Of a stretch of DNA of 64,000 nt, positions 38,801 to 52,774 are shown one piece after another. The position numbers were made by a program, and so were the translations under genes. The notes under the pieces were generated by a model that was not told the origin of the DNA, did not search any database, and was given only the letters and a program-made list of their open reading frames with translations. Source of the stretch: Laetmonice hystrix (lineage: Eukaryota); contig OZ249446.1 in assembly GCA_965235115.1 (NCBI GenBank), positions 8,804,001-8,868,000 on the forward strand, given 5' to 3'. The number at the start of each line of letters is the position of its first letter. The first letter of the stretch is position 1.

Positions 38801-41800
38801 TAGACCTTATATGTGAGCATTGCCACCAGAGTGTAAGATAGAGTGGGCCATGAAGAGAAGGGCAAGCCACCTGCTGACGATCCGTGTATAAGACACACGT
38901 CTTCTTGCCGCCCTGGAGGTACCTACACATCCCATACGTCGTTGGTTTTTTTCTCTCGCTCGGACCGACGAATGTACAAAGTGCTTGCCGTAATCACGAC
39001 TCTAAGCCCCAGCGGTACTCTACATGTCGTTACATTCACTGAGGAACCCGCTGATGATAGTCTTCTTCACGTTAAGGTGTTTCGTATTCATCCAATAAGC
39101 CGGTCCTGGCCATCAACTTTCCATAAGACCTGCATACCATGCTGCAGGGCCTTTTCTCTGGGCGGGAGGCCACCGTGGGATCAGTATTGGCAGGAGGACG
39201 AGCGCCGTTACTTATTCATGATAGAACACGAGCAGAACAATGGTTAAAGAATGGTGGCCTTGTGTCATACCGACGCTGCCCATTCACGCTGCCATTGCCC
39301 ACCATCTGGTTAAGCTTAACACTTTAGCCTGGCTGTTTTTGGACAAGTATTTTGTACGATTTCCGGCTTATTTGAGTCGTCATGTGCCAACTCTAAATTG
39401 TTGACGGAATGGAGCTATAGCAGAAGAGGTGGAGACTAGCAGGTGTATAAAGAGTTACATTATAATTATGTGGATGATATTATAAAAAGGTCATAAAGCG
39501 TTAATGTTTATCTGCTCGAGGGAGACGACTGGTGACTTCATGGTCATGCAGTCACGTGACACATAGACTCCAGCTATCCTTGGCGACATGCTGAATATGG
39601 TACCTTGTGTGTCTGGGTGAAAGACGTATGTACACGCGGACCCGGCGGCATACGTACAACAATAAAATTGTAAACTCGTCTCGTACTGTAGTGGGCCGGT
39701 TAATTCCATGTCTATAGTATTCACATTTTGATGTGACAGAGTTAACATTTACCCCGCCGTGTATCGAGGGAAATTTGAATGGGATTTAACAGAATGTCTC
39801 ATGGGAACAGGAGTATACACTGCAATAGTCTGAGGATAAGGGCAGGTCATAATCAGAAAATATTGACTTTCATGACGTTTCTGACGTCCGACCTACACCC
39901 ATCATCATGAATAGACCCTGTGGGTCTGTAACTCCTGCTGGAAACTTTCTCCCCACCAGAGTGGCCCCCTAACGTTCGATTACTAGCCACATCTCCAGGG
40001 ACTGACACTGATCAGGTAGTGCTGGTGTGGCAGGGGAGCTACGCCAAAAATAACAATGAAGCTTTCGCTTTTATATTCAACAATGTCATGAATATTTTAA
40101 TTGTTGAAGTCAAATGCGATTTCAATCGGGGTGTTACACATGCAAGTCAGCTCGCAGAAATCATGCATCATACTTAAAGCTCCATCTTTTGACAACGTAT
40201 CAGATTAGTATTATGATTCACAATATACCGTCACAGATAAATGACGGTCCTTCGCTCTATTCACGCTTACGTAGGTTGAGAATTTTATTTCATATGTTAG
40301 TGTCAGCAAAAGCGTCCGATAAATACACTAAAGAGGTGTTAACAAAACATGATTAACTAGGTACGCTCCTAAGTAAGTTTCATGAACGGTCGATCTAATG
40401 GCAAATATTCTTTAAAAGATGAATCATATTCTCTCTAATTGTAAATTGCTCAGGTTACAGATTATTTGATTGAACTGACCCTAATTTCCTTAGGTAGAGT
40501 TCCTTGGTGGCTGGGGTAGGGAGGGGGGCAGTAGGGGGGAAACACAGCCGTCTAAACGGTTCCTGCAATCGTTGGAAAACACACGATGCAATCTGCGTCA
40601 CACGACGAGGGCAGGCCCTGTCGATGAGTATCACCAAACCAAATACTTTCATTACGTGGACATTCCTAGCTAGGAGTCATCATTAGAGTTCAAAGGAAGT
40701 CCCAGGATCAGAGCCTGAGCGCAGGCAGTAGATGTTGACGAGTCGAGTCTCCAGCAAACTCACGACCCATGGCAATGACACGACTACCACGCAACTGCAT
40801 TACGTCGTGGCTGCCGGCTGGCCGACCTCGCTGGCCCGACCGGGGCGCCGCCTAGTGCCCACCGCGGGTCACACGCACATCAAAGACTCTAATCCCCAAC
40901 CCCGACCAACGCAAGGTTACTGGGTTTTGGACAAGTAAAAAATTAGGTCACTTTCCACAAAATCTGTGGTAGCGTTTGCTGCGGCTACAGTGGCCTGCAT
41001 TGGATGTGCAGGGTTGGGGTGACATCATAGGGGCAGGCGGGCAGTCAGGGGCTTTGTCTAATTAATATAATCACATCGTCATTGGTGCCCATTTGAAATA
41101 ACTGAGCGCTGGCCTTTTTACTGTGGCGATTTTCTAACATGTGGAGTCCGGGGGGGGGGGGGGGGGGGGGTGACGGATTCAAGTGGACGTGTGAATGATG
41201 GATCGACCAACCCACTGCTAATAACGACTACTACCGTCCAAATGTAATTCCTTCTGCAAACTGCCGTTATCGTCCAAGAATAGCGTATCTCCATGCGGGT
41301 AACGTAATAAGACATACCGGACCGACATTACACCGAGCAATATTGGCTCTTTTTCCGAGGGGCTTCATGACCCGGACCTAATTTCCAGCCTGACCTTGCC
41401 TGCACGCCCTCAATATATGTAACTGCATTCTGGGATGGTCTTTTCTTTTATCTGTACGTATCATTAAAAACTGTTTATTATGTGGTATTCTCCCTATCAC
41501 ACGAAGCTCTCATATCGAGTGGGGCCAGCAAAAGCTCAATGTACTTTGGGGCTTAGATTAAAGGGTGGCACAAAAACAGCATGTACAACATGTTTTCAAA
41601 CATGTTTGCCCTTGCCTCAGTCTATTCTTGAAAAGATAAAATGGTTGCATAATTTGTGGACTTGAAATCTGTATCCATCGACGGTGCCATTGCAATTATC
41701 GAGTTTTAGCATCCATAATACAGTGTCATTTACAATTACATCACGTGACAACGTGATTAGAAGCCACACAGACTAAAACTTTATCATGTATACTGCTTGG

Positions 41801-41953
41801 CCCGCCGAGGTGAACATTCTAGAGCCTCATGCATTACCAGGGTATTCTGTACTGCTGTATACACCCATCATTGTTTAATGAAAAATGTAACACATTATAT
41901 GGCACCAATCTCGGGGGAACTCCCTGATGAGACTCCAAACAAGAGCGATGGCA

Positions 41954-42461
41954 ATTCCCTGGTTATAAACCGGACATACAGTGTGAAGGACCTGCATTCC
42001 CTGGTCATAAGTCTGACAGACATTGTGAAGGACCTGCTTTCCCTGGTTATAAACCGGACATACAGTGTGAAGGATCTGCATTCCCTGGTTATAAGTCTGA
42101 CAGACATTGTGAAGGACCTGCATTCCCTGGTTATAAACCGGACAGACATTGTGAATGACCTGCATTCCCTGGTTATAAACCTGACAGACATTGTGAATGA
42201 CCTGCATTCCCTGGTTATAAGTCTGACAGACATTGCGAAGGACCTGCATTCCCTGGTTATAAACCGGACATACAGTGTGAATGACCTGCATTCCCTGGTT
42301 ATAAACCTGACAGACATTGTGAATGACCTGCATTCCCTGGTTATAAACCTGACAGACATTGTGAAGGACCTGCATTCCCTGGTTATAAACCTGACAGACA
42401 TTGTGAAGGACCTGCATTCCTTGGTCATAACCCTGACAGACATTGTGAATGACCTGCATTC
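41954..42461. repeat. Minisatellite, 42-bp unit, about 12 copies
   Basis: Unit gacattgtgaatgacctgcattccctggttataaacctgaca with variants. It gives 14-aa periodic ORFs on both strands. Confidence 0.97.
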
Positions 42462-44540
42462 ACTCCCAAGGTCAGAGGTAAATGTTTATGCTCACAGGAG
42501 GCCAAGGATGGCTTGTCCTTAGAGTTAACTCCAGTCACTACATCTTATACAAACAGTTCATAAATTTTCCATGTCTGTTCCCAATTTATGTCTAAACAAG
42601 GAGTGAGGATGTGGAGACCTTGACAGTGCTAATGATAAACTGTAGTCCTTGATGAAGAACAGGACGCTGGCCGGCTGTAGGCTCACCAGGATGCAGCTGA
42701 CAATTCAAAGATAAGGTTCTATAATGGCACCGGCAATGATTAACTTTACTTCACATTTGCTGAGCCGAACACAAACGTGAACTAGATGTGGTGTTATTTT
42801 TAGGCTCCACACGTGCCGTTGTTGGCATCAGAAGAGTTTTTTCCTCCTGTTTGTTTACTTGGTCTTCTTACAACCATAGCTTTACGTCCTTTATCGCTGG
42901 CTTACATCTCACAATTCGCGCCAGCTTCACAAAGATATCAATGTTGGCCGCAGTTCTCAGAGCCATGTCTGACCGGCCGTTGTAAGGTTCCCGACTCCAC
43001 CCCCAAGGCACGCGCCTCTTATCTTCCAGGACTGACGTACATAGCCCCTGCCAAGTCCCCACGGTAAGCCGTGCAATATCTCTCTACCCATGGCACATCC
43101 TCACGGAAACGACTTCACAGTTATTCTTTTAAGTCCACTTAAATGAAGAGTAAAACACGAATCACTCATGCTCGGTACCGGAAGCCCTTGGCGCCGTTAC
43201 AGGAAATAGATTAGCAGATATGACTTGTTTCAATATGTCAGGCATATACTATATCCTGGTCCGATTTGAGGATAGACAAGTACATAGCCGACTTTTTCTG
43301 CTGCCCTTCCATAATGATAAAACTAAGTAGCCTATTTCAGTTCACTACGCCGAAAATGAAATCCCCTAACGGCGATATGAGAATCACTTGTGAGATTTCC
43401 TATTTCCATGCCATATAGTGGATGTTAAAGACACTACTTTTTGTCATTTACCCGCATTTCAGGATATGATACAAGTTCACTTGGGTGGCTTCAGCTCCGA
43501 CCAAGGCAGAGATTTGAGAGTATAAAAGCGGCCTTAGTTATGCCTCCACACATTAAACATTTCAGGATTGAGATGTCCTGAAAAACGAATCAATAGTGGG
43601 CACACAATGCGTTAATATACGTGCACACAAAATATATATAACATGTACAAACGTATGAAGTTACATATCTTGGCCCTTATTAAAGCCTGTGACATTTGAA
43701 CATAAACACTTCTACCGTCTGAACTCATGATATCACCACGGAAGTATGAAGTGTTTCCGTTGTATCCCCCCCCCCCCACATACACACACACGCCCTACAA
43801 ATTGAGGAAGGAGGGCAATATCAAGATTGTGTCTGTGTTTGTCTGGGGTGAGAATCAACTGACCCGACAAAATATGTTTGAGCAACCATTACTTTTTTAG
43901 GTTTCACCGGGGGCGGACCGAGTAGCCGTGAGGCAGGGCACAGCTCGCTGGCCATCACCCTACAGATCAAAGTCTCGGCGCCTCGAGTCCTAACTTATTT
44001 ACAGCACGCCGGCTGCTATCTGAAATATTCATCCTAGTCCGAGCAGTTACACTTCGCTCTCTTCATATTTTAGAAACCCCCACACGTGCCGACGTGAGAA
44101 CGATGAATAAACCTACAAGGCCGACGTGAGATGTATTATAAGATCACTGAGAATTGGCCGTATTCATCTTTGGAAATTTGCAGCTACGTTCAAAAGTTCA
44201 TTTGCGCGTGGCAAAACAGTCTTGCAGGAGCTGTTCACCGTTTCTGAGCACGTACTGGTACAACCTACCCCCATCCCTTTAACTCCCCCAACTGTTACAC
44301 TTACATTGACATCAGTTATTGTGGGGAGTGCTATCAAACAAAACCCCAGGGTGATGACTGCTGGTATGCATGCCTGACTTCCCACCCCAGTCATCGTCTA
44401 TCACGGCCATAGTTGCGGCTCCTCAGCCTTCTACATTTTCAGGATGCAAAACCAGACATACGGAACAGTGCATAACGTGGTTACGCGTGGTGACGGGCAT
44501 CAGTGTACGGTTTTCAGGAATAGAAAAGAGCGCCCAGTTT

Positions 44541-44550
44541 TCTCTCTCTG

Positions 44551-44621
<71 letters not shown>
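44541..44621. repeat. (CT)n microsatellite
   Basis: Direct reading. Confidence 0.98.
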
Positions 44622-44622
<1 letters not shown>

Positions 44623-46019
44623 AGGACTCCAAATGTTTACAGGAGAGGTCCGAAACCTGACCCAATACCTGCCAGAATACCAATGTCGCACTCAGTTTAG
44701 CAGCCAGAAACACGTTGTCACTAAATCTAATGGATCTCTAAACAGAAAGTAGTCGGTCGTTCTCGGTCAACTCCGGCAGATGACCTTCCCAATCAGGTTT
44801 CGTCTGGGAAAGCCAATAACCTCACCGTTGTTGTTTGTCGTCAGGATTATAGTTCTTCCATGCAAGCAAATGCCAAATTATTTCCAAACTTTCAGTGGCA
44901 CAGACAAGGAAATTCGTATTGACTCGTTGACCTTTATTGGGAGACAGTCATGGAAGCCCAGTCCCTTAGAAAAACGAAGATGCAAGAAAAAAACATGGGA
45001 AAATAAATCCCAGTTATTTATAAAGTTGGCAATTACGGTTCATTCGCAATGACGTTCATACTTTTTATTTTTCATTTCGGAAAGAAACTAGGGATTTGAA
45101 AGTGCAACCGAAGTTATTTACAACCTTATTTAGATACGTTTGTATTCATGTTGAACCTCGGTTTGACGTGTGTTAGACTTTAGCATTCACATGGCAGAAA
45201 CGTCGACTGTGACGCTCCTCGGAAACGTCTGCAATGGAATAGTTCAGCAGTAGGCCGTGGGAGGGCGCTTCTCTCAGCCTCCGAATGGCGCAGTCATTGC
45301 ACAAATATGCCGGAGGGATCCTCGACAGGGGCCGGTCTAAGGGTGCGTGCTTATCGGTGGGCACCCCGGCGCCAAACTAACTTGTCGACCGCCAATCAGT
45401 CAACGAGACGGTTCGACGCCTCCTTGCTTACACTGGCAGTTTGACTTTAGACCAAACCACACTTCTGATAATGGTGAGAAGAGCCCTCCCGCCAACTGTT
45501 AACAACACACAGCTCCCCTTTCACCTATACGGAACCAACATGTAAAACGGTCAAGTACGCAGACATTGTAATTGGCACGCGCCTGACGTGTCGGTAATTA
45601 ATGTTAGGGATATGAGGAGCAAAACTTTGCTCGTAAAACTCACGCCGCGGCGTTTGGATACGGAGAGAGGCATGCACATTCCCTTAGAAACTTTACAGGA
45701 GAGGATCCTGGGTTTTCGTGAGGGAGGAGGAGGGTTCAGGTGAAGAATTTACAAAGGAGGGAGTGCGAGGGGGTTTCAGAGGAAGAATTTGGGGAAGAAA
45801 GGAGGGAGGGGGTCCAGCATGGCCAATTCAGAAAGTTCTACTGGGGGTAAAAGAACAATTGGTTGCCAAATGCTTTACATTGTACTTGTACCCTGTTGAA
45901 TGGGTAAGGTATGTGATCCTTCCATCTCTATTGCTAGTTCTGCTACCTAAGGATAAACTCATAGAGAAAATAAGGGCATTATTCACAACAGACCTAAGTG
46001 TGAAGCTAAAAGTACTCAC

Positions 46020-46113
46020 CGTCTGCCGTGGTGTAGCAGGATGCAATCAGACAGCTGAAGATGAAGGCAGTCACGCTGAAAACTTGCGCGTAGTTTGTCC
46101 CGGTGATTGCCAT
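46020..46113 (-). CDS. Gene A probable first coding exon: signal peptide (MAITGTNYAQVFSVTAFIFSCLIASCYTTAD)
   Basis: Strong start context (acgATGG), with no other ATG downstream of candidate acceptors at 46318/46299. Hydrophobic core and donor ACG|gtgagt in phase 1, matching the exon at 16427. The link to gene A across about 29.6 kb is inferred. Confidence 0.65.
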
Positions 46114-47413
46114 CGTCAATCCTTTCACAAACTTTTCACCAAGTTCACAATTATACCGTTGTAAAAAATATTCACTCTTGTCCTTTTGGTGTAGTATAGA
46201 TGAGCCTGTTCGTCAATATCGGGAGATCGAAAAGTTGTATCAAGTTCTCACACTTAATGATTACTTCTTTATATCCCGACGTCAGGTGTGTAAATCTATC
46301 TGTAAGTCAGAAACCCCGCTGTAAATTAAAGAGTGAGGTTCTGGAACCGTCTTATAGAGTGAAGAGGTTGAGTCCACTGAACTGGGGTCGACCCAAGACG
46401 GGCGATGAATTCTCAGAAGAATGTCCACGTCGGACGCGGTTGCTCCTTGGCTCCGTGTCTGCGCGCTCGATCCTCGCAACCCGTCTCACAGCCTTGCCGA
46501 CTGCTGCTCGTTTAGCTTGCCGCGTGGCGCGCTCGCAGACAAATTACGAGAGACGGCGAATCAAAGATCGGCTGCCGATGGGGGCAGCACTGTGGCAGGG
46601 GGTAGCGGCCGCGACGACCGTGCCGCTCGGTCCCTCATGTGATTACGATCAATGATATAGCGCGTTGATGTAATTATAATGTCATTACGCCCAGTTCGCT
46701 CGCCCCTTCGCCTGACTCGCGCACACTGCACGAAGTCACAGAGATCGCAAGCTGAGGCCCGAGCCAGCGCGCGTGACTTCATGCCGACAGACTGGGCAGA
46801 CGTTGGGTCGTAAGGTGACGTCGCTGATATTTCTGGGGCGGGGTGAGGATGACGGTGAAATTCCTAGATTAAGGGAAAACATGACATTGACGAATGGATG
46901 CGACCGAGCTAAATCGTGACGGTCTTGGCAGATGTCGTAACATTGGCGACCCCGGCCTCCGTCTCCAATGCAATCACTGCATGGACAGCGCAATAACAGC
47001 CTTGATTTCGATAAGACTTTTAGGGGGAAAAAAGGCAAATTGGCAATCATAGAAATGCACGATATATATCTCGGTGTTATATGAATTTGTAAGGAATATG
47101 TATAAACTATTTAGTTTACTTTAACGTTTGAGTTTGATGGTTGCTGATTTACATCTCTGTTTACAATGTCAAATCAACATCCAAGCTTCTAAGCCGATTA
47201 AAGTTGCTGCCTCAAGTAATCATATACAGTTTGTCAGATTTAAAGTATATTTTTCAGTCTGCATGTCGGATGAAGCGCAGTTTATTATGCCAAAAGTCGA
47301 CTGCCTCTATGATTAATACAATTTCGTCTTTTCAAAACATAGTAAGGCTCTAAAGGGTACACCCCTCATGTTAAGATCTACACGACATTTGGGATTAAAA
47401 CTTCTTCGACCAA

Positions 47414-47460
47414 CCAATCAGAAGCGTTAAGCTTAAGCTTAAGCAAGATCTTAAGATTTT
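47414..47460. mobile_element. Fragment of the same element family as 25721-25838, inverted
   Basis: Exact reverse complement of 25733-25779. A possible terminus, aaaaacagtgccctg, follows. Confidence 0.7.
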
Positions 47461-49130
47461 TAAAAACAGTGCCCTGTTGACTATAAGGTGAAACTTATAC
47501 CTTGACCTGTGACAGGTGAGCGAGTCGCTTTCAACCAGTCTCCGTCCCAGACAACGGTAGAGAGCTCGCTTTTAGTCAAACTGCGTGAACACACCTTCCA
47601 GGGGAGGTCATCAAGACAGGGTCACCGGGACGTGTCGAATGTTTGATAAGAACTCAACATGAATTAGATTAAAGTTATTTCCTTGTGCGGTGTACGCTGA
47701 GTTAATTACTTATATAGGCCTGTCGCAGGTTGGTGGAGGCGGCGTTTATGGGCTATCAGGGGAAGTATTAGTTATAGCTTTGTACACGAGAAAATGTCAC
47801 AATACGTCATATACAAATAGTTCGTATTAAACGATGGAACTTCCACTGAATACACCAGGGAAGGGGATGTTCAATACTCTGGGGTGTTGTAATCGTTCGT
47901 GTGTAGGAGCAAAATCTCGTAAAAAAAACATTGCTAAATTTCCCATTGAAAAAAAATCCCTTTGTAAAATATCGGGAATTTATTACCCCCGAGAGGATCA
48001 TGATAGCTACATGGGATTCCTCATAGCACAAAGAACTCGGAGAAGAAAGGGAAGAAGAAAAAAGCAGGAAACGTCGCCACAAAGAATTAATATATTTAAC
48101 GCAGAAAAAGCTAAATATGCGGTTAAGCTTCTTTATCTTTTAGGTCATATGATGAGGTTTTGATGTTTTACTAAATATCACATAATAAAACAGTTCATCT
48201 ATTCAGGCATATTATCCTGACAGTAATCCTACACCATGGTGTTGTATGGTTACAGATCTACGCCATTCACCTGAGCATATCTCTCTATGCCAGGTAAACG
48301 GTCACTCGATCTCTGTCACAACTGTACTCATGAAGTCAAACTGTGTCACAGTGCCACTCCCTGGCAGTCACTTGAGGAACCCCCATCATGTGCCCGGAAT
48401 ACATTATTCGTGTGCCCTTTACGGCTGATTTCCCTATCGAGTTACCCTGCCTCTCCCTTTCTCTCTCTCTATCTCTTTCACAAAGCTTTAAGGTCTGAGC
48501 CTATACTTGGTGTAACAACAGTCTTAGAATTCAGCTTGTAATGACTGCTTCGCAATTTATCACTAAGGTCCCGAGATCAGTTGAAGAGAAAACCTATTTC
48601 CCTTGATTTAAAGCTGCGGGGCAGCGCGGTCGGTTGTAATTGCCATTTTTGCCTTACCTCCCGCTCAGTAATTTCCCAGAAGGTGAGCAAGGATTTCTCG
48701 TGAATGTGCAAGAAGGTGCGACTGGTTGTTGGTATTCTCAGACAGTGGTTGGCCGACGCCAGGAGGATGTTGGGGCCGCTTAGTAATTCGTCGGACCACT
48801 GGTGGCGCGGATCCGGGGGGATCGAGCTGTCTGTACCGATCAACTACAGCTCGCCACATAGCCTACTGTCTGGTGAGGGAATCTCATGCTCACACTCTGA
48901 GAGACTTGTGGATTCCTTCATTATAGTGAGGCGCGCGCTGAGGTTATTGTCATGCTATAGGACCACGCAAGGCTTCTATACCAACAAGTATTTTTACAAT
49001 CCTTCATTGACAAGAAAAAAGTGCCCGTGTAGAAAGGGAAAGTAACAAGTTTTCCTCTTCAAATAAACGAGGAAACTTGGCTATGTGCAAGGAAAACTTG
49101 CTGGTAATGTACACGGGCAAATCACTCGTC

Positions 49131-49561
49131 AATGAAGACTTGTCAAGGAAAACTTGTTCTTGTAGCATAGGGCACCACACTGTTACAATGAAGACTTGTC
49201 AAGGAAAACTTGTTCTTGTGGCATAGGACACCACCCTGTTACAATGAAGACTTGTCAAGGAAAACTTGTTCTTGTAGCATAGGGCACCACACTGTTACAA
49301 TGAAGACTTGTCAAGGAAAACGTGTTCTTGTAGCATAGGGCACCACATTGTTACAATGAAGACATTTTTGTCAAGGAAAACTTGTTCTTGTAGCATAGCG
49401 CACCACACTGTTACAATGAAGACTTGCCAAGGAAAACTTGTTCTTGTAGCATAGGGCACCACACTGTTACAATGAAGACTTGCCAAGGAAAACTTGTTCT
49501 TGTAGCATAGGGCACCACACTGTTACAATGAAGACTTGCCAAGGAAAACTTGTTCTTGTAG
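49131..49561. repeat. Minisatellite, 56-bp unit, 7-8 copies
   Basis: Unit aatgaagacttgtcaaggaaaacttgttcttgtagcatagggcaccacactgttac. Confidence 0.97.
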
Positions 49562-49979
49562 CTCTTCTCGGAGACAGAGTTGTGAAATAATATTTTATAG
49601 GGAGGAACTCCCCACTTCGAAGAGAGCAAGGCCTATGTTTATTCTCCGATAGATCAGAGGAAGTTTTGTCGGTATGACATCATTGTACCATAAATAATAC
49701 TCAATGCCACATATATTGCAACATATAAAACCACAGACCCTAACGTCAATATCGGTTAATCTCGACAAATTGGTTTTGTAAATGGAGGGAGAGGCCCGCC
49801 CCTCTGTCCGAGCACTTGTCCCGCTCCGAGCACTTGTCTAACCAAGGAGAATGATCTACATACATAGATTTAGGGATGTGTTTGTCTCAATGACAGCCCG
49901 GGCATGAATCCAGATGACCAACCACCCTGTCGACAGCTATACACGCCCGAGAACCAAGTATTTGTTTCTCCTTCAGTCT

Positions 49980-50254
49980 GTACACGGGCGGTCTTAGGGC
50001 CCACCGTACACGGACGGCCTTAGGGCCCACCGTACACGGACGGCCTTAGGGCCCACCGTACACGGGCGGTCTTAGGGCCCACCGTACACGGACGGCCTTA
50101 GGGCCCACCGTACACGGACGGCCTTCGGGCCCACCGTACACGGGCGGCCTTATGGCCCACCGTACACGGACGGCCTTAGGGCCCACCGTACACGGGCGGC
50201 CTTATGGCCCACCGTACACGGACGGCCTTAGGGCCCACCGTACACGGGCGGCCT
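49980..50254. repeat. Minisatellite, 26-bp GC-rich unit, about 10 copies
   Basis: Unit tacacggacggccttagggcccaccg. Confidence 0.97.
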
Positions 50255-51365
50255 GAGGACCCAGCGGAGATGGTAGTGTATTTATAAATCGTGTTGCCAA
50301 TCTGCCAACATCATTCAGGTGAGCCTTGTCGATCGTAAGGGCGCTGGCGAAGAATCTAGATCCTTGACTAATTAATGAACGAGTAGAGCGCCTGGTCATG
50401 AGAAAGATTCACAGTTCTAAAACTGTAAGAGTTAGATCGCCTGCAGAGCAGATGCATTGACAGAGGCATGCAGCATTATATATTTATTTATTTTTTTTGG
50501 GGGGGGGGGGGGGGATCGATTAGAATTAATCCGGGGGTATGAAGTTCATTTTTCGCTTATCTTGATGCGTACGTCTGGATGAACGTACGCTTGTCTGGCA
50601 TGACCATTTATTGCACTTTCAAATAGCGAATGTAGCAGAGCAACGTAGTATCACTTATTCATGTATTTCTTTTCGCTTGCATGTTGGTGGAGGCTCTCCA
50701 GTTACACCTATATGGTAGGTACAGTATCGCATACTGTGAATTTAACCTACAAAATGAACCACATGTGTACAGACAGGCGTCAATATACGTCATTGGTTGC
50801 CTGCCAGAAATCTCAAAGGATAGGAATGAGAGATCTACGCCACTCAGGAGAGAGAACGGTGGATAACACAGACTTGACATTATAGAGTGTTTTAAAACGG
50901 GACGGCTCAGTAACTGTTGTTGCTAATTATGTGCGGTGTTTTATTATAGACCCCGGTCAAGGACATTCACTAAGCCTGACGTCAGATGTAGAGAGCAGAG
51001 ACGGTGGGCTTATATATTAACTAATGATTTCTCCTCGCCGCTTCCAAGGTGTGATATTTTTGTTCACTCTCAGGACAATCTTACATTCATCGTCATCGGA
51101 AGTTAATTCCGCCTGGAGCGTTATGAAATATTCAATATCTCCTCATACATTCGACCTTATCTAAAACTGTATCGCACACCAAAACCTTTTTTTCATCATA
51201 GCAGTATACTAGTCTTGGTTTTCTTCTCTCTGCCCGAACTCTACGTATCAAGTATCATTATGTTCAGTAAAGGCCTTATAACTAACTGTACAAGTAATAA
51301 CAAATAGTTTTTAAAAACAAAACAAAAAAAACAAAAAAAAACAATAGTGGTACATGTCTAAAGGA

Positions 51366-51407
51366 CGTATTACTTACGTATTACTTAAGTATTACTTAAG
51401 TATTACG
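51366..51407. repeat. Short 11-bp tandem repeat (gtattactta[a/c]), about 4 copies
   Basis: Direct reading. Confidence 0.8.
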
Positions 51408-52203
51408 TACGACCGATCTATTTTAAATCGAGATATACGATCAAATCGCTTGTTTATCATGTGACTTTATCCCCCCCCCAATCGCGTGATTAAATAGTTT
51501 TATATAAAGTTTGATTTCTTAAATGATTACACACAAAATAATGATTTCTTGTAATCGAGGAACCTTGTTTGAGGTGTTGCGGGGTGTTCCTCAGCTTGAG
51601 GGATTGCTTGTTGAGGTCCTTGAGTTCTATCGACCAGTCCCGTTCAACATTGCCCGTAACCTGAGGGTCAATACCCCGGGGCCTGGGTCCGAGCCTACCC
51701 TGGATCAGGACATGGTCATGTCGGTCAATAATGTCGCCTGCTGTCGTGACCGGTGGCCATCTAACGACGGTCGTTGGTGGGCGCCATTCGTTACGACTGA
51801 CTACCGTCCTTCCGCAACCTCCCTGCGCGCATGCGTCGTGACCGATCAGTCGCTAGGGCTGACAGGATCCGCGTGGGGTCGCTGCTGTCGTCCGCGGATC
51901 ATTTCTACATACCGCGAGTAGTAATCAACTTGTTTCCTTAATTATCTATACCACAACAATTACATCAGGGGTATTAAAACATACGAGCATGTTGCCGTTT
52001 AGAGAATTACATGTATTACATCACCCACCGTGCTGTAATACGATAGATGGCCATGACTTTCCGCTGTTTTAATGATGTTTTAGCAGTGCCTATACAATTC
52101 CTAATAATGTATTTTCTGTATTAAAGGATAAAATCACTACCGTCATGCCGGCAGGCCATCATGGCATGGTAATATGTTCCATCCTGTTCGTGCATCGATT
52201 TAT

Positions 52204-52774
52204 TTCCTATGCCAATCTACCTTGAGTACTGTTTTGTATACCATCGTTTCCTATGCCAATCTACCTGGAGTACTGTTTTGTATACCATCGATTCCTATGC
52301 CAATCTACCTGGAGTACTGTTTTGTATACCATCGGTTCCAATGCCAATCTACCTGGAGTACTGTTTTGTATACCATCGATTCCTATGCCAATCTACCTGG
52401 AGTACTGTTTTGTATACCATTGATTCCTATGCCAATCTACCTGGAGTACTGTTTTGTATACCATCGATTCCTATGCCAATCTACCTGGAGTACTGTTTTG
52501 TATACCATCGATTCCTATGCCAATCTACCTGGAGTACTGTTTTGTATACCATCGATTCCTATGCCAATCTACCTGGAGTACTGTTTTGTATACCATCGAT
52601 TCCTATGCCAATCTACCTGGAGTACTGTTTTGTATACCATCGATTCCTATGCCAATCTACCTGGAGTACTGTTTTGTATACCATCGATTCCTATGCCAAT
52701 CTACCTGGAGTACTGTTTTGTAAACCATCGGTTCCTATGCCAATCTACCTGGAGTACTGTTTTGTATACCATCG
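52204..52774. repeat. Minisatellite, 44-bp unit, about 13 copies
   Basis: Unit tcctatgccaatctacctggagtactgttttgtataccatcgat. It gives 44-aa periodic ORFs in all three + frames. Confidence 0.97.

Noticed and set aside
41797-42522. 241-, 194- and 182-aa ORFs
   Set aside because: All derive from the 42-bp minisatellite and are open on both strands.
45718-46164. 148-aa + strand ORF
   Set aside because: No recognisable domain, low-complexity purine start, and it overlaps the signal-peptide exon antisense.
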